Positions 43,358 to 52,915 of a DNA stretch of 64,000 nt are shown one piece after another (the stretch's first letter is position 1; each line of letters opens with the position of its first letter). Source of the stretch: Endomicrobiales bacterium. GTDB taxonomy: Bacteria > Elusimicrobiota > Endomicrobiia > Endomicrobiales > JALOBY01. The notes beneath the pieces are model-generated. The model searched no databases. It worked only from the letters and a program-made list of their open reading frames with translations, and was not told the origin of the DNA. Both the position numbers and the translations under genes were made by a program. The DNA is taken from positions 1-64,000 of the forward strand of contig CAWCNJ010000008.1 of assembly GCA_963796955.1 (NCBI GenBank), read 5' to 3'.

Positions 43358-44412
43358 TGCCAAAGCAGATAAACAACCTCATCATAAATGATTGTGAAGA
43401 AGCAGTAGGAAATTCACCGGAAATGCTGCAGGCGCTGAAAAATGAAACTATTTTCATATCCGGCGGCACAGGTTTCACGGGCACGTGGCTCGCTGAATTA
43501 ATATCTTTTTTGAACGACCGGCATTCGTTCAATACAAAAATGATACTTCTGTCAGAGCACGCCTTCAGTTTTAGTTCCAAAGCCCCTCATTTAGCCACAC
43601 GTAAGGATATCACATTAATAGAAAAGGATGTTCGGAACCTGGTTGAGATCTCTCAGGAAGTTACGTATATAATACACGCTGCCGCTAATCCGGACAACCG
43701 TCAGCATTCGTCAGACCCTCTTAAGGTTATGGACGTGATATCTAAGGGGACGAACACGGTACTAAACGCCGCCAGCCGCCTGCCGAATATAAAAAAGATA
43801 CTTAATGTCAGTTCAGGGCTTATATACGGTCCTCAGCCGCAGGAGTTGGAACGGATCCCCGAAATAGCGCATGGCGGGCCGGATTGTGATTCAATACTCT
43901 CCATATACTCCGAAGCAAAGAGATACGCCGAAACTCTTTGCACAGCCTTCAGGAACCAATTCAAACTGCCAATAGTCACCGCGAGGCCTTTTGCGTTTAT
44001 CGGCCCCTACCAGCTTTTGGATAAACCGTGGGCAATTAACAATTTCATCAGGGACAGCTTGCTGGGCGGACCTATCAGGATACTGGGTGATGAAAATACG
44101 GTCAGAAGCTATATGTACGCGAGCGATATGGCTGTTTGGCTCCTGAAAATGCTTGTTGATGGTAAACCAGGACAGGCTTATAATGTTGGTAGCCCTGACG
44201 GGATCACACTTAAACAGCTATCTGAACGCATAGCCTCCCATTTTCCAGCAGCGCCGGAGATAGTCCACGTGCCTGTAAGCAGGTCGGTCTCAAGATCCAG
44301 GTTCGTGCCGGATGTAGCTCTGGCTCGGAATTCTCTGGGTTTGACCGTTAAGGTGGATATTGACGAAGCCATAAAGCGTACGATGATGTGGCACAAGTCC
44401 AAGGGAATATAG
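43357..44412 (+). CDS. NAD-dependent epimerase/dehydratase/reductase (extended SDR)
   Basis: GGTGFTG, SSG, YSEAK (YxxxK), RPFAFIGP, RSYMY. Confidence 0.85.
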   Translation: MPKQINNLIINDCEEAVGNSPEMLQALKNETIFISGGTGFTGTWLAELISFLNDRHSFNTKMILLSEHAFSFSSKAPHLATRKDITLIEKDVRNLVEISQEVTYIIHAAANPDNRQHSSDPLKVMDVISKGTNTVLNAASRLPNIKKILNVSSGLIYGPQPQELERIPEIAHGGPDCDSILSIYSEAKRYAETLCTAFRNQFKLPIVTARPFAFIGPYQLLDKPWAINNFIRDSLLGGPIRILGDENTVRSYMYASDMAVWLLKMLVDGKPGQAYNVGSPDGITLKQLSERIASHFPAAPEIVHVPVSRSVSRSRFVPDVALARNSLGLTVKVDIDEAIKRTMMWHKSKGI

Positions 44413-44420
44413 CTCTCTAA

Positions 44421-45356
44421 ATGAAAAATGAGAAAAGAATTTTTATAACCGGAGCCCGCGGCTTCATAGGAAGATCATTAGTCGAATACTATAGCGCTTA
44501 CTGCTCCGATAAATACGATTTGTTCTTTCCCTATCATAACGAACTGGAACTTACAAATCCTATCGCTGTCAGGGAGTATATTAAAGAGAACAATATAGAC
44601 ACGGTCATTCATACCGCGAACGTCGGTGGGTCTAGAAAAACCCAGTACGACACAGGCAAAACCGACGTTGTTACAGCGAACCTTGGGATGTTTTTTAATA
44701 TTGTCCGATGCAGTGATCTGGTAAAGAAAATTATTTATTACGGTAGCGGCGCGGAATACTCCTGTCTTAATTATGTGCCATCAATGGTTGAAGGCTATTT
44801 TGATACTTTTGTTCCTTCCGATTCGTATGGGTTTTCAAAATATGTTTGTTCGAAATACGCTGAAAAAAACAATAAGATAACGAATCTGAGGCTTTTCGGC
44901 GTTTTCGGGAAGAATGAGGACCATTCCATCCGGTTCATATCAAATGCTATTTTGAAAAACTTATTCGGACTACCCATTGTTGTTAATCAAAACGTGCGCT
45001 TTGATTACCTTTATATAGACGACCTTGCTCGAATAACTATGCATTTCATAGAGAATGACAGTAAATGCAATGTCTTTAATACGTGTACGGGTAATCCTAT
45101 CGACCTGGTTACGATCGCGGAAATGATAAATTCTATTAGCGATAACAAGTCTGCCATTATTGTCAAGAATCAGGGAATGAACAGGGAATACAGCGGTGAT
45201 AACAGCAGGCTTGCGGAAGAACTGGGCAAATTCAATTTCACATCCATGGAGAAGGCGCTCAAAGAATTGTACGGCTACTTCAAACTCAATTTAGATAAGT
45301 TCGATAAAAAGATATTCACTGACGATGAATATATTAAATACTGTAAGAAATGCTGA
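44421..45356 (+). CDS. NAD-dependent epimerase/reductase (extended SDR)
   Basis: GARGFIG, GSGAEY, YGFSK (YxxxK), LRLFGVFG, FDYLYIDDL. Confidence 0.85.
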   Translation: MKNEKRIFITGARGFIGRSLVEYYSAYCSDKYDLFFPYHNELELTNPIAVREYIKENNIDTVIHTANVGGSRKTQYDTGKTDVVTANLGMFFNIVRCSDLVKKIIYYGSGAEYSCLNYVPSMVEGYFDTFVPSDSYGFSKYVCSKYAEKNNKITNLRLFGVFGKNEDHSIRFISNAILKNLFGLPIVVNQNVRFDYLYIDDLARITMHFIENDSKCNVFNTCTGNPIDLVTIAEMINSISDNKSAIIVKNQGMNREYSGDNSRLAEELGKFNFTSMEKALKELYGYFKLNLDKFDKKIFTDDEYIKYCKKC

Positions 45357-45445
45357 AGATCGACCAGTTTCGTATTTTAAGAATCAAAAATCTGTTTCTT
45401 CGTTCATGGCTCCATTCTTGGCAGGTTTTCAGCCTGTAATCTGAT

Positions 45446-47113
45446 GTGTTGTTGATTATTCAAAGGATGTCTTTAATGCATTTACTCTCGATTCTCATGT
45501 GGTTCATTGTCTTACTTGTTTCCGTCAAAGTTATCAGAGAGAATCGATATCTGTTTACGGCTGACAATGCGCAAATTAATAAATTCATGCTTATACCAGT
45601 ATCCTTGTTCGTAACCTGTTCTCTTTATTACTTGTACCTGCATATTTACTACATACCGGGTCGTGATACTTCATATGCTGTGTTTCTTGCTCCAAGATTT
45701 TATGGTTCAATGAATGATATGCCATCTGCTATCTTCAGTCAGTGGAAGGAATTGTCCGTGATTTTTCCCGCTCTTATGATAATTATCAGTTGTGCTTTCT
45801 GGTCAGGGCTGATTAAGAATATCTCTTTTAAGAGCTTCCTGGTCTTTATATATTTCTCAGCGCTTTTGTCTGAATTTTTATTTGTCTTTTTTACCGGGCA
45901 CGGGATCCAGCATATTGCAATGCAGGCTAGCTCTATAAATAATGGTATTTGGTATTCGATCACGTTATTGCAAAGCCAATTCGCGGGAATGCATGATTTG
46001 GATAAATTGAGATACATTTTCCAGGTTCTATGTGCTAATTATTCTCCCTACACGATCCCCGGGACCACACATCCCGCAGGTATGTTCATTATAACATTCG
46101 CGATACATAAGATGTCTTATTTACTCGCAATGGATCTCTTTCATGATATTCGCTTTATGCAATACTTTTGGGGATTTATTGTGTCTGCTGTTGGTACACT
46201 GATTATTCCCGTTACAATGCTTGTAGCGCGAGAACTTTACAATGAAAAATCTGCGCGGTTAACAGGGATCATGATGATCGCCGTTCCGTCAGTGTGTATG
46301 CATTTTTGTTCTGTGATAGATGTTGTTGCATCTTTCTTCATAGCAGCGGGAATTCTCGGGATGGTTTCATATTTAAAAAATATTGGTAAGTCGAAAAATA
46401 GTAAAAGTCTCAGGTCTTTCGTATACGGGTTGGCCGCGGGTACCTCTTTCACACTTGCCGCACAGATAACATTCGGACATGCTATTCCTATTTTTGCCTT
46501 ATTGGCGGCTTTCATTTATATGTCTTGGGGGACAGGTACGAGAAGACTACTTGTTTTTTTGAGTGGGCTGATAATACCGGCAATGTTGTATTTTGTATTT
46601 GAGTATTATATAAGCAACGGAAAACTGTTCTACATTGTCAGAGCTTTTACTATAACAAAAATCGTCGAGACCGGGCTTGAAGGATTCCGTCCTTACCCTG
46701 TGTCTCAAATCGCCAATTTCATCGTAATGTTCATAATGGGTGGGATCTTGTTCCTGCCGGTGCTTTTCCACACTACTATTTCCTTTTTTTCTCAGCTAAT
46801 TATGCATTTCAAAAATCGCGTTACTATCATAAACAATAAACAACGGATCAAAAATTTCCTGACAGCTGCAACATTTATAATGTTCGTAATGCTCGCCAGT
46901 CAGAAAACGGTACGATTAGAGACGGAGAGAACATGGCACTGGTTCTTCGTTCCGGTTTGGATGTTGTCGTCCGTTTTCTTTAACAGCATTTATGAAACAT
47001 TTAGGCGTTTGTTCAATATTGAAAAAGATACACTTTATCCGGCGTATTTTTTCGTTTGCTTTCAAATGGTACTCACGGTGGTTCTGGCAATGTGCATTCA
47101 AGATTACTATTAA
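45446..47113 (+). CDS. Polytopic membrane protein, possible GT-C-fold glycosyltransferase
   Basis: 555 aa with many hydrophobic segments; loop motif THPAG and C-terminal ETERTW resemble GT-C membrane proteins; start uncertain. Confidence 0.55.
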   Translation: MLLIIQRMSLMHLLSILMWFIVLLVSVKVIRENRYLFTADNAQINKFMLIPVSLFVTCSLYYLYLHIYYIPGRDTSYAVFLAPRFYGSMNDMPSAIFSQWKELSVIFPALMIIISCAFWSGLIKNISFKSFLVFIYFSALLSEFLFVFFTGHGIQHIAMQASSINNGIWYSITLLQSQFAGMHDLDKLRYIFQVLCANYSPYTIPGTTHPAGMFIITFAIHKMSYLLAMDLFHDIRFMQYFWGFIVSAVGTLIIPVTMLVARELYNEKSARLTGIMMIAVPSVCMHFCSVIDVVASFFIAAGILGMVSYLKNIGKSKNSKSLRSFVYGLAAGTSFTLAAQITFGHAIPIFALLAAFIYMSWGTGTRRLLVFLSGLIIPAMLYFVFEYYISNGKLFYIVRAFTITKIVETGLEGFRPYPVSQIANFIVMFIMGGILFLPVLFHTTISFFSQLIMHFKNRVTIINNKQRIKNFLTAATFIMFVMLASQKTVRLETERTWHWFFVPVWMLSSVFFNSIYETFRRLFNIEKDTLYPAYFFVCFQMVLTVVLAMCIQDYY

Positions 47114-47131
47114 TAGCTAAGGAGAGAAAAC

Positions 47132-48448
47132 ATGATTTTTGAAAACAAATTGAGATCGGAGATCCTGAGTAAGGTTGTTAGCTATTATAAAAAAACTAGA
47201 AAAGCTGATAGATTCATTCCCGGCAAAGATTATATTAACTACGCTGGAAGAGTTTATGACGATAAAGAATTGGTCAACCTGGTCGACTCGTCCCTTGATT
47301 TCTGGCTTACTACGGGAAGATATGCACAAGAGTTCGAAAAAAGACTTTCTGAATTCATTGGCGCTAACTACAGTCTTCTAACCAATTCGGGTTCATCGGC
47401 AAATCTCTTGGCAGTGACTGCCTTAACATCTCCGTTGCTAAAGGAACGGCGTCTTAAACCTGGCGATGAAGTGATCACAACCGCTTGCGGCTTTCCTACA
47501 ACATTAAATCCTATAATACAGAATAATGCTGTTCCTGTATTTGTTGATATAGAACTCGGCACTTATAACATAGACGTCAAGAAGCTGCAAAAAGCGATCA
47601 CAAATAAGACAAAAGCTGTCGTAGTGGCACATACCCTCGGGAACCCTGTGAATATCGACGCTATAACCAAGATCTGCGATAAATATAAGCTGTGGTACAT
47701 AGAAGATAATTGCGATGCACTTGGATCTAGATACAGAGGGAAATATACAGGAACATTCGGGCATATCGCCACCTGCAGTTTCTATCCTGCCCATCACATT
47801 ACGATGGGAGAGGGCGGCGCGCTTCTGACAAACGATCCGCTGCTTCGCCGTATCATCATGTCGTTCAGGGACTGGGGCAGGGACTGCTGGTGTGAGGGGG
47901 GGCGCGACAATACATGCAATAACAGGTTCACTCAACAATTTGGCGAACTACCATTGGGCTATGATCACAAGTATGTCTACTCGCATATAGGATACAACCT
48001 GAAGGTAACTGATATGCAGGCCGCTATCGGTTGTGCCCAGATGAATAAACTGCCCAAGTTCATTAAGGCTAGGAAAGATAATTTTAACTTTTTAATGAAA
48101 AGCCTAGCGAAATACAGCAAATATCTTGTATTGCCTGAAGCAACGGATGGTTCTGACCCGAGCTGGTTTGGATTTACGATAATGGTGAAACCGGGTTGCC
48201 CGTTTTCAAGGGCTGATATAGTAAAATATCTTGAAGAGCACAAAGTAGCCACTAGAATGCTTTTCGGAGGTAATTTGACGAAGCAGCCTGCGTATCGTGA
48301 TATCAAATCAAGAATATCTGGCGGGTTGGTTAACACCGATATTGTTATGAATAACCTGTTTTGGATAGGGGTTTATCCAGGGATAACAAAAGATAAACTG
48401 TCATACATAAGTAAAACACTCGACAACTTTATGAGCAAATACACATGA
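47132..48448 (+). CDS. rfbH: CDP-4-keto-6-deoxyglucose 3-dehydratase (E1)
   Basis: WLTTGR, NSGSSANL, SFYPAHHITMGEGG (His in place of the aminotransferase Lys), WGRDCWC..DNTC Fe-S motif, YDHKY. Confidence 0.93.
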   Translation: MIFENKLRSEILSKVVSYYKKTRKADRFIPGKDYINYAGRVYDDKELVNLVDSSLDFWLTTGRYAQEFEKRLSEFIGANYSLLTNSGSSANLLAVTALTSPLLKERRLKPGDEVITTACGFPTTLNPIIQNNAVPVFVDIELGTYNIDVKKLQKAITNKTKAVVVAHTLGNPVNIDAITKICDKYKLWYIEDNCDALGSRYRGKYTGTFGHIATCSFYPAHHITMGEGGALLTNDPLLRRIIMSFRDWGRDCWCEGGRDNTCNNRFTQQFGELPLGYDHKYVYSHIGYNLKVTDMQAAIGCAQMNKLPKFIKARKDNFNFLMKSLAKYSKYLVLPEATDGSDPSWFGFTIMVKPGCPFSRADIVKYLEEHKVATRMLFGGNLTKQPAYRDIKSRISGGLVNTDIVMNNLFWIGVYPGITKDKLSYISKTLDNFMSKYT

Positions 48449-49443
48449 AAATTGCGGCTATATTGCTTCGCTATGACTATGGCGACAAGGCCAGAGGGGA
48501 GTCTCTAGAAGCTAGAGGTATTTATCCGGCGCTAGAGAAAACAGGGATGGATATACATCCTTTCTGGTTCGACGAGTATCTTGCCGACAAGGAATCATTA
48601 CAAAAAGCCGTGATAAATTTCGTTGACAATGTTAAACCGGATTATGTATATTTCACCCTCATTCATGACGAATTCAGTTTTGAAACACTTGATTATCTGA
48701 AAGACAAGTATATCACAATTAACTGGTTCGCAGATGATAAATTCCGTTTTGATAGTTTTACCAGGCACTATGCACCTCATTTCACTTACTCTGTTACAAC
48801 AGACCGGTTTTCATTAAGAATGTATAAACAGATTGATTATAAGAATGTACTGTTGACCCAATGGGCCGCGTTTGAGACTGCCGACGCTTCAAACATTGAT
48901 AAAACAGAGTATCAATATGATGTCTCATTCGTCGGAATGGCGACAGGATATCGTAAATGGATAATTAAAGAACTTTCTAAGGCTGGAATTGAAGTCGCTT
49001 GTTTCGGACACGGGTGGCCTAAAGGTCGCGTGTCTTTTGAACAGTTCAAAAATATTATCAAACTTTCCAGGATAAACCTGAATATTTCTAACAGCGTTTC
49101 ATATGATATCAGATATATAGTTTCAAGTATCGGCAGTTTCAAGGAATTTCTGAGATGTCCGAAAAGATCCGAAGATATAAAAGCTCGCAATTATGAGATC
49201 CCTGCATTGGGAGGGTTTGAATTAACGAACTATGTCCTTGGTTTGGAGCAATATTTTGTCATCGGATCCGAGATAGCTGTTTATGGCAATATAGAGGAAT
49301 TGACGGTCCAGATCAATTATTACCTTGAGAATGAAGATGAAAGGCAGAAAATATTACAGTGCGGTTACAATAAGGCGGTAGTTAACAATACATATTACAA
49401 CAGATTAAACGACATATTCACTGCAATTGGAAAATGCAAATGA
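48445..49443 (+). CDS. Glycosyltransferase, CgeB/Glyco_trans_1_2-like
   Basis: NWFADD, YDVSFVG, SRINLN, IKARNYEIPALGGF. Confidence 0.75.
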   Translation: MKIAAILLRYDYGDKARGESLEARGIYPALEKTGMDIHPFWFDEYLADKESLQKAVINFVDNVKPDYVYFTLIHDEFSFETLDYLKDKYITINWFADDKFRFDSFTRHYAPHFTYSVTTDRFSLRMYKQIDYKNVLLTQWAAFETADASNIDKTEYQYDVSFVGMATGYRKWIIKELSKAGIEVACFGHGWPKGRVSFEQFKNIIKLSRINLNISNSVSYDIRYIVSSIGSFKEFLRCPKRSEDIKARNYEIPALGGFELTNYVLGLEQYFVIGSEIAVYGNIEELTVQINYYLENEDERQKILQCGYNKAVVNNTYYNRLNDIFTAIGKCK

Positions 49444-50447
49444 TAAAAGCGGCGTTCTTTACAAGTAAACCATTCCTCAACAACAAACAGTTTAATATTT
49501 TCGACAAAGATTTCAATAGAGATAACTGTTTATACCCATTATATGCTCTTAAAGAAGGATTGAAGGCAAGAGGTGTTGATCTTAGTACCCAAGACATAAA
49601 CACACTTGAAGAAAGCGAGATAGTAATATTTAATGATATGCCTGATAAACTGCCGACTAAGAAAAGAGGTCAAAGATATTATCTGATAGCATTGGAAAGT
49701 ATCGCTGTAAACCAGCGCAACTATGATCGCTCTTTGTACGGTAATTTTGATAAAGTCTTTACTTGGCATGACGACCTTGTGGATGGCGTTGACGTTATCA
49801 AGATCAATTATTCGTTTTTGTTTGATCCCACTGACGATCTCGTTCCTGAAGAGAGACATAAACTGGTATGTCTGATAGCGAACAATAAGAACTCTGACTA
49901 CCCGAATGAACTATATTCAGAACGATTGAAAGCGATCCGCTGGTTCGAAAATAATCACCCAGAAGACTTTGATCTTTATGGTATTGGGTGGGACAAACAT
50001 ACGTTTAAAGGGCTCTTTGCGCCTCTTAACAGGTCAAAGTTCCTGAGGAACCTTTTTAAGGAAAAATATCCTTCGTATCGCGGGCAGATCAAGGTAAAAA
50101 AGGATGTTTTGTCTAAATACCGTTTTTCCATATGTTATGAAAACATAAAGGATATCCCAGGGTATATCACTGAGAAGATCTTTGACAGCTTTTTTGCCGC
50201 CTGTGTACCGATTTACTGCGGAGCCAACAATATTCAAGATTATGTCCCAAAACAATGCTTCATTGATAAAAACGATTTTAATACATATGAACAGCTGCAC
50301 ACATTTATTAAAAGCATGTCTGTAACAGAATATAAGTGCATGAGGGACGAGATAAAGTCATATTTAAATGGCAGGCAAAGTGTTGCTTTTCAGGCGAAAT
50401 ACTTTGCTGAGACGATAGTTAATTCCATTTGTCAATCAACCTTATGA
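49440..50447 (+). CDS. GT10-like (alpha-1,3-fucosyltransferase family) glycosyltransferase
   Basis: YRFSICYEN..GYITEKIFD.F...CVPIY motif; ATGA overlap with the upstream gene. Confidence 0.8.
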   Translation: MIKAAFFTSKPFLNNKQFNIFDKDFNRDNCLYPLYALKEGLKARGVDLSTQDINTLEESEIVIFNDMPDKLPTKKRGQRYYLIALESIAVNQRNYDRSLYGNFDKVFTWHDDLVDGVDVIKINYSFLFDPTDDLVPEERHKLVCLIANNKNSDYPNELYSERLKAIRWFENNHPEDFDLYGIGWDKHTFKGLFAPLNRSKFLRNLFKEKYPSYRGQIKVKKDVLSKYRFSICYENIKDIPGYITEKIFDSFFAACVPIYCGANNIQDYVPKQCFIDKNDFNTYEQLHTFIKSMSVTEYKCMRDEIKSYLNGRQSVAFQAKYFAETIVNSICQSTL

Positions 50448-51334
50448 AGAATACTAAAATTGTGCTGACCATCGCCATACCGACATATAACAGGTGTGAA
50501 TATCTCAAAGAACTGCTGCCGACAGTTATTGAACAGGTAAATAAGCTTGGTGTGAATAGTGAGAATATCGAAATTCTTATTAGTGATAACGCATCAACTG
50601 ATTCGACAAGCGAGTATGTCTCAATATACACTGATCCCAGAATAAGTTACTATTGCAACGAAGTAAACATTGGCGGCGATAAAAACTTTATAGAATGCGT
50701 TCGCAGAGCAAAGGGGAAATACGTATGGTTGTTCGGTGATGATGAGATACTGTTAAATAATGCCTTAAGCACGATATTTGATATAGTCAATCGCGCTGAT
50801 CCGGTGTTAATAACGGTCGGCAACGGAAGATACGGTGATATAAATAAAACACGAACATTTGAAGATTATAGTGCGTTTTTGTGTCATGTCCTTAAGGCGC
50901 AGCCGAATTATTTGATAGCAAATACGCTTATAACAAGTAATATTTTCGCAAAAGATGTCTTTGATCTTGAAGTAGCAACTCGCTATTTAAACACAAACTA
51001 CGGGCATATGTACGCCATTGTCGGCAATCTATCCAAAGGCGGTAAGGTACATTTATCTATTGAAAATATATTCAAGGTTCGTGATCAACGAGCCCCATTT
51101 TCAACTAAGCTAAGATTCCTGAGATTCAAGTTGGTTGGTTATTTGTGGCAATTGGGTAGAATTTATAAAGATTCTCCAGTTGAACACTACTGTTACAGGT
51201 TCCTTATAGAATGTATAATTGACGATATGTTTTTCAAAGTGCCTAGAATGTTGTTTTCTGAGACCAATTATAATAAATACTTTAATTTTATACGGAAATG
51301 CTATCGGATCGTTAAGGGCAAAGGAAATAAATGA
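50444..51334 (+). CDS. GT2 glycosyltransferase (RfbV/abequosyltransferase-like)
   Basis: LTIAIPTYNR, ISDNASTD, NIGGDKN, GKYVWLFGDDE. Confidence 0.8.
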   Translation: MKNTKIVLTIAIPTYNRCEYLKELLPTVIEQVNKLGVNSENIEILISDNASTDSTSEYVSIYTDPRISYYCNEVNIGGDKNFIECVRRAKGKYVWLFGDDEILLNNALSTIFDIVNRADPVLITVGNGRYGDINKTRTFEDYSAFLCHVLKAQPNYLIANTLITSNIFAKDVFDLEVATRYLNTNYGHMYAIVGNLSKGGKVHLSIENIFKVRDQRAPFSTKLRFLRFKLVGYLWQLGRIYKDSPVEHYCYRFLIECIIDDMFFKVPRMLFSETNYNKYFNFIRKCYRIVKGKGNK

Positions 51335-52908
51335 GCACTTTAAGCAATAAAAAGAATTATCTTTTGACATTGTTCTCTGGTCTTGGCGGAGTGGTTTTTG
51401 CGAATATCGTAGGGTTCATTTCGGTACCTATCGCGTTAAATTATTGGAAAGTGGAAAGGTATGGTTTATGGGCTCTTATAACTTCTATGTTGGTTTATTT
51501 AAGTGTCAGCAACCTAGGGCTGAATTTCTCGGCTACGACTTTAATGACAAAAAACCCAAACATCGCAAATAAATTTAAGATATTGAAAAGAACGCTCAAG
51601 ATTCTTTCTTTAAGCCTGCTGGTCGGTTGTGCTATCTTTGTTGCTGTAAATCTCGTAGATAAAAACTGGATAAACGTGCTTGGCAAAATACCTGATTATA
51701 TGAGGACGGAAACCTACTATGCGGTGTTCGTGCTCGGAGTATTCTTTTTCATCAATACACCATTTTCACTTTTGTCTTCATTGTTCAGCGCTTTTCAGAA
51801 AGCCTATATCGATAACGTGTTCGCACTGGTTGTCAATTTAATAAACTTCGCCACATTGTTGACAGTTATTTGGTTAAAAGGCAACCTTATGACTTATGCT
51901 TTGATCAATGGCGTTGGAAACCTGATCCTGAACATCGCTAAGCTGATGATCTTTTATCATTGGATATATAAAAAGATTCCGAAAGAAGATTTAGTTGAAC
52001 AAAATGATAATGATGAAGAAACATCGGCAAAAAGCATATTTATAACAGGATTAAGGTTTTTTCTTATAGGTTTGGCGGCCATGGTTGTTTGGAATACGGA
52101 TAACATCGTTATTTCTAACCTTCTGAGTATAAAACAGATAACGCCATACTCGATCACACTTAAACCTTTCTTTATCTTATTCAACATAATATTTACAATT
52201 AATCTTTCACTCCTGCCTATATTGGGTAAAGAGATCGGTAACAAGAACTGGGAGTGGATAAACAGGACATATCAAAAATTTATTGTTATCATGGCGGTGC
52301 TCGGCGGCGGTATGTGGCTGGGTGGTATTCTCTTTTCACGTGATTTTATAACATTATGGACCAATAAGGATAGTTATGCTGGACTGTTGACTGTTTGTGC
52401 GTTCGGAGGGTATGCATATTTGTTGAGCATGATCAATCTGAATTCGAATATCGTCAACACTTTCAACTATCTTGAGAATGTCGCTTTTGTGGGTTGGATG
52501 GAAGCTCTTGTAAAAATTGCTTCCTCAATAATACTTCTCCATTATTTCGGTATTGCAGGTGTGGCGTTAGGGACATTTGTAGGAGCTTTGCTTGTTCCAA
52601 CATGGGTTCTCCCGAAGATATTATCAACTAGAAGCGGTCATAAACTGCATTACAATCTGGATTTTGTCCTAAAGAATATTGGTTTGACATTAATCCCTCT
52701 GCTTATCGGGTCCATAGCTGTGCAATTACTTATTCATCAAATGATAATGAGGATAACTGCCGGTCTCTCTATAATGATCATTTACGCCGTTCTTAATTAC
52801 TTAATAATCCCGGATGATGTTAAGGAGTTTGTGAAGAAGAATGGTCTAATAGTAGTCAGAAGATTATTTCCAGGAACTCAGAAGGTCTCACCTATACAAA
52901 ATCCATAG
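51331..52908 (+). CDS. wzx: Wzx-type polysaccharide flippase (MOP superfamily)
   Basis: 525 aa polytopic; YGLWAL..NLGL, NTDNIVIS, FGIAGVALGT motifs. Confidence 0.78.
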   Translation: MSTLSNKKNYLLTLFSGLGGVVFANIVGFISVPIALNYWKVERYGLWALITSMLVYLSVSNLGLNFSATTLMTKNPNIANKFKILKRTLKILSLSLLVGCAIFVAVNLVDKNWINVLGKIPDYMRTETYYAVFVLGVFFFINTPFSLLSSLFSAFQKAYIDNVFALVVNLINFATLLTVIWLKGNLMTYALINGVGNLILNIAKLMIFYHWIYKKIPKEDLVEQNDNDEETSAKSIFITGLRFFLIGLAAMVVWNTDNIVISNLLSIKQITPYSITLKPFFILFNIIFTINLSLLPILGKEIGNKNWEWINRTYQKFIVIMAVLGGGMWLGGILFSRDFITLWTNKDSYAGLLTVCAFGGYAYLLSMINLNSNIVNTFNYLENVAFVGWMEALVKIASSIILLHYFGIAGVALGTFVGALLVPTWVLPKILSTRSGHKLHYNLDFVLKNIGLTLIPLLIGSIAVQLLIHQMIMRITAGLSIMIIYAVLNYLIIPDDVKEFVKKNGLIVVRRLFPGTQKVSPIQNP

Positions 52909-52915
52909 GAAAAGT

